Origin: a virus
Lineage: Duplodnaviria; Caudoviricetes
Length of the DNA stretch: 63,330 nucleotides
IMG/VR virus record: IMGVR_UViG_3300043409_002192
Coordinates: 1 to 63,330 of that record
Strand: one strand, 5' to 3'
Shown here: positions 1-6,700 of the stretch, one piece after another
Layout of the letters: each line of letters starts with the position of its first letter
Numbering within the stretch: the stretch's first letter is position 1
The notes under the pieces: model-generated
Told to the model about the DNA's origin: nothing
Databases searched by the model: none
Seen by the model: only the letters and a program-made list of their open reading frames with translations
Program-made: the position numbers and the translations under genes

Positions 1-153
1 CTTGACGGACATCCCGAAAGCGAACTGTGGGGAGAAAACGGACTGATCGCCGCAACGATGCGAGCTGCCAACTACGCCAGTCGCCAGCAAGAAGCGGAAT
101 GGAAGCTGGCCGACTACCTGCGCGGCGGAGGAATGCTCGCAGCGCCTGCTGAC
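1..153. repeat. terminal direct repeat (circular assembly overlap), copy 1
   Basis: Identical to 63178-63330 except G27 vs C63204. Confidence 0.97.
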
Positions 154-324
154 GATGGCGACGCGTGGAAAGCTGGTCGAAGCCAGTCGATGTGCTACTG
201 CATCGACGGGCAGGGTCGGACGATCATGGAATGCGTCGAATCAATATCGGATGCGATCATGGAGGAAATTTCTTCCGAGAACGTGCGGGTCACAGAGGAC
301 TCTGGCGGAAAGGACGCACAATGA
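1..324 (+). CDS. 3' part of the ORF starting at 62905 that crosses the circular junction; hypothetical
   Basis: Frame from ATG 62905 is open through the repeat; ATG 63235 corresponds to ATG 58; stop TGA 322-324 overlaps next ATG 321. Confidence 0.75.
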   Translation, partial: LDGHPESELWGENGLIAATMRAANYASRQQEAEWKLADYLRGGGMLAAPADDGDAWKAGRSQSMCYCIDGQGRTIMECVESISDAIMEEISSENVRVTEDSGGKDAQ

Positions 325-569
325 CACCTGACGCGCCAACGGTTGACGCTCTCATTGCGGACTTGGAAGCGCGCGGCCTCGGCTGGTCGCTCGACAACAC
401 AGGACGGCTCATCGAGGCGCGCGTGTGGGACTGGCCGTATGTGATCGGACGCTACCGCCCGAATGCCACCGAGCCGCTCGCCAAGATGCTCGCCGAAGCG
501 ATGTATCAGGTGGACTGGACCCGCTACCCGGTGAAGTCGCCGAACGCTCTGCCAACCTCTGGGGCATGA
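321..569 (+). CDS. hypothetical cassette protein (MTPDAPTVDALIADLEARG...)
   Basis: ATGA overlap with the upstream stop; ends ...KSPNA.. inside the attC at 539. Confidence 0.7.
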   Translation: MTPDAPTVDALIADLEARGLGWSLDNTGRLIEARVWDWPYVIGRYRPNATEPLAKMLAEAMYQVDWTRYPVKSPNALPTSGA

Positions 570-668
570 CCAGTGAATCTCAAAATACCAAAAGACATGA
601 TCGAAGATGCAAAACTCACGAAGTCCGACACGCCAGCCCCAGAGGTTGGCAGCAGCGCTTTGTTCGGC
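539..668 (-). other. attC-like recombination site
   Basis: Plus strand GCCGAAC...GCCAACCTCTGGGGC / GCCCCAGAGGTTGGC...GTTCGGC imperfect palindrome; spacer appears shortened on one arm. Confidence 0.75.
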
Positions 669-974
669 TGGCTTGGCGAGGAGATAGCTCGCAATCGACG
701 GAGGGCTGAGCAAGCTACTGCTCTCGCTGACCGTCTAGCCTCCCTAATGGCCGGAGCCTGCGCTGCCGGCCAATGGCGCGGAGTCAAGACGGTGAAACTC
801 GTGACCGATAGGGCCTATGTGATCCGCAGGCCGGGAACAACATCGCTCGAGCTAGCAACATGGCACGACGGATGGCGCACAATCATGGGGCATATTGCCA
901 ACGGGGGGGAACTCGAAGTGTGGGAGCCGAACGCTGAGGTGAGGCACGGCGCAAAGGACGCTGACCTCGACTAG
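597..974 (+). CDS. hypothetical cassette protein
   Basis: ATG inside the attC loop (GTG 573 is an alternative); N-terminal SSALFG comes from the attC arm; ends WEPNA.. in the next attC. Confidence 0.7.
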   Translation: MIEDAKLTKSDTPAPEVGSSALFGWLGEEIARNRRRAEQATALADRLASLMAGACAAGQWRGVKTVKLVTDRAYVIRRPGTTSLELATWHDGWRTIMGHIANGGELEVWEPNAEVRHGAKDADLD

Positions 975-1011
975 AAACTTTCCCGCCGTTGCCTCGACCG
1001 TCTTGTTAGCC
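926..1011 (-). other. attC site (canonical architecture)
   Basis: Minus strand reads GGCTAAC-AAGAC-GGTcGAGG-CaACGGCG...CGCCGTG-CCTCACC-TCAGC-GTTCGGC: R'', L'' with extrahelical C, second extrahelical A, L', R'. Confidence 0.9.
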
Positions 1012-1032
1012 GTTCGGGGGACGCGGAAACCA

Positions 1033-1063
1033 AGCCGGACATGGGGGTTCTTCATGTCCGGCT
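1033..1063. terminator. hairpin in an ORF-less cassette, possible terminator
   Basis: AGCCGGACATG-loop-CATGTCCGGCT 11-bp stem; no clear U-tract. Confidence 0.45.
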
Positions 1064-1124
1064 AACGCTGCGGATCAGGCGACAGATGCGCTTCGAGCCG
1101 TTGCCTGCATCCCGCTGGTTCTCT
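1060..1124 (-). other. attC site
   Basis: GGCTAAC GCTGC GGATCAGGC...GCCTGCATCC CGCTG GTTCTCT; bulged base on the right arm of the plus strand. Confidence 0.85.
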
Positions 1125-1153
1125 GACGTTGGTAAAAAATCTTCAAATAGGGC

Positions 1154-1182
1154 TTGCATAATGTAGCTTAAAGCTACATAAT
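1154..1182 (+). promoter_or_regulatory. sigma70-like promoter with palindromic operator
   Basis: TTGCAT-17 nt-CATAAT; perfect inverted repeat ATGTAGCTT-A-AAGCTACAT at 1161-1179. Confidence 0.7.
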
Positions 1183-1205
1183 AACACCGTAACCCGATCC
1201 AAACT

Positions 1206-1511
1206 ATGAGCCTTCAATCCGACATCCAAGAATACAAAGCCGCTTCAAACTCAGCTAATGCTCTCTATGCCAAAATCGGCACAGATAGAGACGCAGCCGT
1301 AGCCAAAAAGAATGAGCGCTGGGCGGTCAATAAGCGCAAACGTGAAGCCGGAGAAAACATCATCATGGCGATGCTGGGCGAACACAAAGCAGCTCTGCAA
1401 CGGGCTGGACTGGTTGATCTCTACAACGAAATGGCCGCTGGCAAACATGAGTGTGACACAGCGTTCTTTGCAATCGTGGACGCCACCGTAAAATACTATG
1501 ACGCCGCCTGA
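1206..1511 (+). CDS. hypothetical protein
   Basis: 101-aa ORF directly after the promoter. Confidence 0.75.
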   Translation: MSLQSDIQEYKAASNSANALYAKIGTDRDAAVAKKNERWAVNKRKREAGENIIMAMLGEHKAALQRAGLVDLYNEMAAGKHECDTAFFAIVDATVKYYDAA

Positions 1512-1698
1512 ATACAAAAAGCTCCGCGAAAGCCTCGGCACACAAGCCGAGGTTGCTCGCATTCTGGGAGTCAACCGAGTGACAATCGCCAAACGCGAAA
1601 GCGGAGCGATGAAGCTCACTTGGGAAGCGTCTCTTGCAATGCGTGCCATTGCACCGCTCCGCAGTCCTAAACGCTTCCGGGAGGCACGCCGGAAATGA
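1498..1698 (+). CDS. XRE/Cro-type HTH protein
   Basis: MTPPEYKKLRESLGTQAEVARILGVNRVTIAKRESG helix-turn-helix pattern. Confidence 0.85.
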   Translation: MTPPEYKKLRESLGTQAEVARILGVNRVTIAKRESGAMKLTWEASLAMRAIAPLRSPKRFREARRK

Positions 1699-1751
1699 AG
1701 CCCGAATCAATCACAGACGTTATCGGCGTTGCCTCGCACGCCTTGTTCTCC
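1666..1751 (-). other. attC site
   Basis: CCTAAAC..GAGGCACGCCG / CGGCGTTGCCTC..GCCTT GTTCTCC. Confidence 0.75.
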
Positions 1752-1766
1752 ATCTTTTGAATTACC

Positions 1767-2072
1767 ATGAAAGTCCGCGACAAAAACATCAAACAGACTG
1801 TAAGTGTGGCCCATTCGCGTTGCCTCAAATGCGCGTGCTATTGGCCACGCCCCGATCCGGGGGTATTCACGCAAGGGCAGGGATACCGCCGACGCGAGGG
1901 AAAACAGGAATGGCTTTGCGGAACACGCGAAATCAGAGGATGCCCAACACGGGCGCGATGCTGCAACAGAGCCTACGCCGCCTATGAAACCAAGTGCCGG
2001 GAATGTGGTCATTCTTTGGAGAACGCACAAGCTCTGGCACAGCCGGGGCGCAACCAGACTCCGACACCATGA
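1767..2072 (+). CDS. Cys-rich (Zn-binding) hypothetical cassette protein
   Basis: Several CxxC motifs; ends LENA.. in the next attC. Confidence 0.7.
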   Translation: MKVRDKNIKQTVSVAHSRCLKCACYWPRPDPGVFTQGQGYRRREGKQEWLCGTREIRGCPTRARCCNRAYAAYETKCRECGHSLENAQALAQPGRNQTPTP

Positions 2073-2117
2073 AAAACTCCACCGCCCCGGCCGTTGTCCA
2101 GCAGCGCCTTGTTCGGC
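2018..2117 (-). other. attC site
   Basis: GGAGAAC..GCTCTGG..GCCGGGGCG / CGCCCCGGC..CCAGCAGC GCCTT GTTCGGC. Confidence 0.85.
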
Positions 2118-2914
2118 CTTCCGGTCGTGTGCTTTGCCGCTTCTCCTGTGGTGCCGCTTCCGCTGTGGCTACAAAGCTGGCAATCGAGAAATACGGCACG
2201 GTAGAAATCAACTACTCGGACACTGGCAGCGAGCATCCAGACAATGCCCGCTTCATCGCAGACTGTGAGCGGTGGTTCGGTCAGAAAGTCACGATCACGA
2301 AAAGCGAAAAATACCGCGACATCTGGGAAGTGTTCGAGAAGAAGCGGTTTCTTGTCTCGCACCAAGGAGCGCCATGCACGGCGGAAATGAAACGCCGCCC
2401 AGGTGATTCGGTCTGGAGTATCGGGGACACTGAAATCTTCGGATACACGGCAGACGAACGGCATCGGGTAGAGAAATGGTCACGGGACAACTTCGAGAGA
2501 ATCATTGAATGCCCGCTCATCGAAAAGAACCTCACGAAGGATGACTGCTTCGGAATCTTGGACCGTGTAGGCATCGAGCTTCCCGCCATGTATCGGTTGG
2601 GGTTCCGCAACAACAACTGCATCGGGTGCGTGAAAGCCCGCGATAATCTCGACTACTGGAAAAGAGTGCGAAAGCACTTCCCCGAAATCTTCGAGCGCAT
2701 GGCAAAGCTGGAGAGGGACATCGGAACGACGATCAACCGAATCACAAAAGCGGGGGAACGCTCCCCGATCTTCCTCGACGAAATCGAAGCAGGCGACCCG
2801 AAAGGCGCGGACCCTAATATCCAGTGCGGACTCTTCTGCATGGCCGAAGCTGACGCGCTACTTGATGGGCCGAACGATAAAACTGAGCCACAGGCCCCAC
2901 AATCAAATCTATGA
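2069..2914 (+). CDS. PAPS-reductase-like (adenine nucleotide alpha-hydrolase) family protein
   Basis: FSCGAASAVA PP-loop-like motif, HPDNARF, PCTAEMK, YRLGFRNNNCIGCVK, C-terminal CGLFC; ATG in the attC loop. Confidence 0.8.
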   Translation: MKNSTAPAVVQQRLVRPSGRVLCRFSCGAASAVATKLAIEKYGTVEINYSDTGSEHPDNARFIADCERWFGQKVTITKSEKYRDIWEVFEKKRFLVSHQGAPCTAEMKRRPGDSVWSIGDTEIFGYTADERHRVEKWSRDNFERIIECPLIEKNLTKDDCFGILDRVGIELPAMYRLGFRNNNCIGCVKARDNLDYWKRVRKHFPEIFERMAKLERDIGTTINRITKAGERSPIFLDEIEAGDPKGADPNIQCGLFCMAEADALLDGPNDKTEPQAPQSNL

Positions 2915-2964
2915 CAACACAAGAGACATCCGAGGGGCATATTGGCTCCAGTGCCTTGTTCGGC
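2869..2964 (-). other. attC site
   Basis: GCCGAAC GATAAA ACTGAGCC..GCCCC / GGGGC..GGCTCCAGT GCCTT GTTCGGC. Confidence 0.88.
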
Positions 2965-3264
2965 GTCCTTGAGTGGATCAGCCTCCAAGGAGGCACGTTC
3001 AACGCCTTCAATCCCGGCCTCATCACTGGCAAAGTGAGAGGTCTGACTTACCGCTACTTCATCGCGGAAGGGTGGATTGGGTTGAAGACACCGGACTGCA
3101 CGGCAGGGAAGGCGACAGAGTGCCTCAATATTGAGGATTTTCGATATGCGCTAGAAATCCATGCGCCGAACGCCGCTGCGCAGGACATGCCACACTTCCT
3201 GCCGAACGATTTAGCGCACACACAGAAGGGGCGGGAGCGCGGCCCCGATAAAACTCAAGCCTAA
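2911..3264 (+). CDS. hypothetical cassette protein
   Basis: ATGA overlap in the attC loop; SSALFG leader. Confidence 0.7.
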   Translation: MTTQETSEGHIGSSALFGVLEWISLQGGTFNAFNPGLITGKVRGLTYRYFIAEGWIGLKTPDCTAGKATECLNIEDFRYALEIHAPNAAAQDMPHFLPNDLAHTQKGRERGPDKTQA

Positions 3265-3329
3265 CTCTATGGAAACGACTACCTTTAACACAGCGGCCCC
3301 TTCTGTTGATGTGCCGCGCCTTGTTCGCC
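3201..3329 (-). other. attC site
   Basis: GCCGAAC GATTTA GCGCACA..ACAGAAGGGGC / GCCCCTTCTGT..TGTGCCGC GCCTT GTTCGCC. Confidence 0.85.
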
Positions 3330-3586
3330 CATTACGGACTGACGAGGAGATCGTCATGCAAACAGATAAGCTCGCCTTCACGCTGGCGCTACTGTCAGGC
3401 TACGCGTTCGATGCAGATTACAAGTTCCACCTGCACACGCGGATCGCTAGCTGCCCAATGCCTCGGCAGGCGCAGTTCTGGGAGATGGCTCGGCAAGCTC
3501 AATTGCTCCTGACCGACACTGACCCAGATGACGCCGTGGATAATCTCGATTGGGCGAACAGTGTGATACCCAAACCAGAAAAATGA
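3269..3586 (+). CDS. hypothetical cassette protein
   Basis: ATG in the attC loop; RLVRP leader; ends WANSV.. Confidence 0.7.
   Translation: METTTFNTAAPSVDVPRLVRPLRTDEEIVMQTDKLAFTLALLSGYAFDADYKFHLHTRIASCPMPRQAQFWEMARQAQLLLTDTDPDDAVDNLDWANSVIPKPEK
3553..3575 (-). other. putative attI-like array end site A
   Basis: GGCGAAC-AGTGTGATACCCAAAC, no hairpin, similar to 28853-28876. Confidence 0.55.
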
Positions 3587-3711
3587 CATCCTATGACACC
3601 CTACAAACAACTCTTTGTCGCCCGATCCGACATATTTGCTGACTTCGTGCGCAACTACGTCAGTGTAATTAGTCCATAGCCCAGTGTGTCAAAATTATAA
3701 AAATTATCAAA

Positions 3712-6700
3712 TCATTTTTCCACCTCCCCGAGTTGATCCACCGGCCGGTTCTTGAGTTCTCCCCATGCCCGGCGGCGGCCTTCCTCGTAGGCGTCCTTGA
3801 TGCGCTTCACATCGTCCTCGGTGGGCTTCAGCGGAATCCCGGCCAAGGCATTCTTTGCCAGTGTGGCACTGCGGACGCTCAGGTATTTGTAGGCTTGGGC
3901 GTTCAGTTTCACGCGGGCCGGTTTTCCGCCGATGGTGAGGTTCTGTGTGCGCTCGGGGGAACTTGGAGCCCATGCCGGTTTTCCGGGGTTCGCCTGATTC
4001 CATTTTCGCAGGACGATATCGGAAAGCGTGGGTTTTCCGCTTTCGATGGTGGCTGGAATAACCAAGCGGCTGATTGCATTCCCTGATTTCTGCTTGTCCT
4101 CCCCGGTGGCGGTATTCACGCGGGCTTCTGCCCCGGAGCCCAAGGGGGCCAGCTGATACCACCAGTCTGCCGTGGTGCTATCGCGCACGAGCGGATCCAT
4201 GTTCCGGACCGGTTGGCGGATGAGGTTGGGCACGAGGGCATTCAGGATGAACCGCTCGCCCTTGTCTGCCAGTTTGCCGGGCTGCTTCACGCTGTCGAAC
4301 ACCGCGGCCAGGCCGCTCAGGAACGTCTTATTGAGGGCGGCATCCTTCAGGCTACCGAACACCAGTCCGGCCTTCTCGGCGCTGTCTCCGCCGCCCTTCC
4401 AAATGCGGAGGGCGTCAATGATGCTGCCAAGGACGGTGGCGATCGGTTCAATGCGACCGTAGGGGATTTTGGTGTCACCGATGCGGATGATGTAGCTTCC
4501 GCCAGCCACGCGCTCCTGTAGGTCTCTTTCCGCAAAGTCTGCGGGCGGGCTGCCGGTGATGAGGAAGGTTTTTTCTTCGTCATCGTCATCGCCTTCTGCC
4601 GCGCCTTTCAATAAGGCGAGGGCGGCCATGGCGATGGTTTGCTCGGCGAGCCATTGCATCATCTGCGGGCTCGTGGCGGGGGTGAGTCCCACGCGGCCGC
4701 CGGAGATTTTCACTAGTCCGGATTTCCCGAGTTGGTAAAGCAGATGCGCCATCCCCAGCGGAGACTTCCGGATGCCGGCGCGGAAGATATTGTAAGGAGT
4801 GCGGATGAAGGGCAGGATGAAACCCAGGAGGCGGCTGGAGTTTTTCCATTGCTGGAGGGGTTTCAGGGATTCCGGCAGTTCCGTCTGGAAGGTCAGTTCA
4901 CGCGCCTTCTCGACCGCCAGCTGCCATGCCTGGCTGCCGGGAGTGTAGAGGAGGGCATTCATGCGCTTCTGCATGGGCTCGCCACTGAGGCCTTCCGCCT
5001 TGGCGATGCGGTAGGCCTGCGCTGCGGCTTCCAGTTGGGCGACGGCGCCTTTGAAGAAGCCATCGACGGCCATGAGGGCGCGTCCGGGAATGCGCACCGT
5101 AGATCCGACGCTGGCACCCTTCCATCCTTTGCCTTTGGCTAGATCAATCACAGCGCCGGGCAGGCTTTTTGCCCCCGGTGTTCCGATCCGCCCCAGACTA
5201 TCCGGAATGGCGACCCGGCGTCCTTCGCCCTTCGGCCCGGTTTCGAAGAGTTCCGGCTCATTGTTCATGACATCGTAGTCGAACCAATCGGTTTCCGTTC
5301 GCCAGGCTTTGGACATGAGGCGGTATCCTCTGGCGACCCCGGGGAAGATGGCTTTGGCCATATAACGGAACTCTCCGAACTGGGCACCTTTCTTGTCGCG
5401 GATGGCGAGGTTCCAGACGGCTTCCATCCCACGCTGCACGGTCAATTCCCATGCGCTGGCAGCGGCGTTCCCGCTGATGTTGACCACCTGAGTCTGGGGG
5501 CCGGAGAGGAGGTTGTTGATCCAGTATTCCTGAACCATGTCCAGCGGATGGCCTTCGACCGTCTGGGCGAGGCGGGCGAGACGCACCATGTCTTCCACAT
5601 TGGCCATGTCGGCACCGTTGAGCACAGAGATTTCCATTTCCACCGGTTCATTGAGGCCAAGTCCAAGTTCCTGCTGGGGGATGTTGCGTTCCCATGTCTT
5701 CCCGGGTCCTGGCGGGATGCTGTTGTCAGCAGGTGGCGTGGTGCCGGGAATGCGGGGCTGAGTGCCATCTTGGCGGGGGAGGCGGGGCAGAGCGGCGTAT
5801 TCGTCCAAAGACATGCCAGTGCCGGCGGCGGGTGGCTGGAACAGGCGTTTGCGCTTCACCGTCTTTCGTTTGCCCTGCTGCTTGTCGGGGAAGTATCCCA
5901 TCTGACGGATGAGTTTCTGAATCTCCGCTTCCGCATCGGCATCCGACATGGCAGCCATGGCGGCGAAATCCACGTCCACGAGGTCGGCCGGCTGGCTGCC
6001 AAGTGGGGAGGACTGCAATCCGGCGGCGGCTTTGGCCCGGACCCGCATGGCGCGGAGTTGTTCCGCCAGCTTTGTCATCATCTTCTCCTTCACGGCGCGG
6101 ACTTCCTGAGGCGTCAGGCCTACCTCTTTCCCGATGTCGATGAAGGTCTTCTCTCCGCCTTGGAGGAGGATGGCAGCCTTCGCTTCCTTGGCTCCCAGGG
6201 TGGCAGCGGTCTGGCCGATGATGGCAGCCTTCCGGAGGGAAAGCTGAATCCCGCCGGAGAACAAATCATCAAGGGTAACGCCCATCTTGGCGAACTCCAT
6301 TTCGATCCGGCGGATGCGCTTGGCGTCCTCATCAAGGATCTTCTGGCGTTCGGCGGCGGTTTTTGCTTCCTCCATCTTCTTCCGCACCTTAGCCGGCGGC
6401 GTGAATATTTGCTTGGCGAGGAACTCGCGGTGCCGCGCCTCTGGTGTCTTAAAGGGATCCCGGCGGGAGGCGAGGCCGCGGGCTTGTTCCGTGCCGGCCT
6501 GGCGGTAGGCATAGACGAGAGCCTGCAACCGGCGCTGGCGGGGGCCGGTGAGAGGATTCCGGGATTCGCGTTCCACGATCATCTGGGCGGCCCGGGTAAG
6601 CTCCGGGGTCAACTGTCCGCCTTGGAGCCCATTGGCCATCAGACGTTGCACGGTGCCTTCGTAGTCATCAGCCAGCATGGCGCGGGCGGCGGCGTCCCAT

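Noticed and set aside
1994-2068. Upstream start for the PAPS-reductase-like gene
   Set aside because: Lies in the previous cassette; ATG 2069 overlaps the upstream stop and fits the array pattern
539-3329. CRISPR array or simple terminators as the explanation for the repeated palindromes
   Set aside because: Repeats are not identical, are spaced by whole genes, lack U-tracts, and show attC boxes and bulges
3590-3710. intI remnant next to the attI-like site
   Set aside because: Only a short ORF with no recombinase motif
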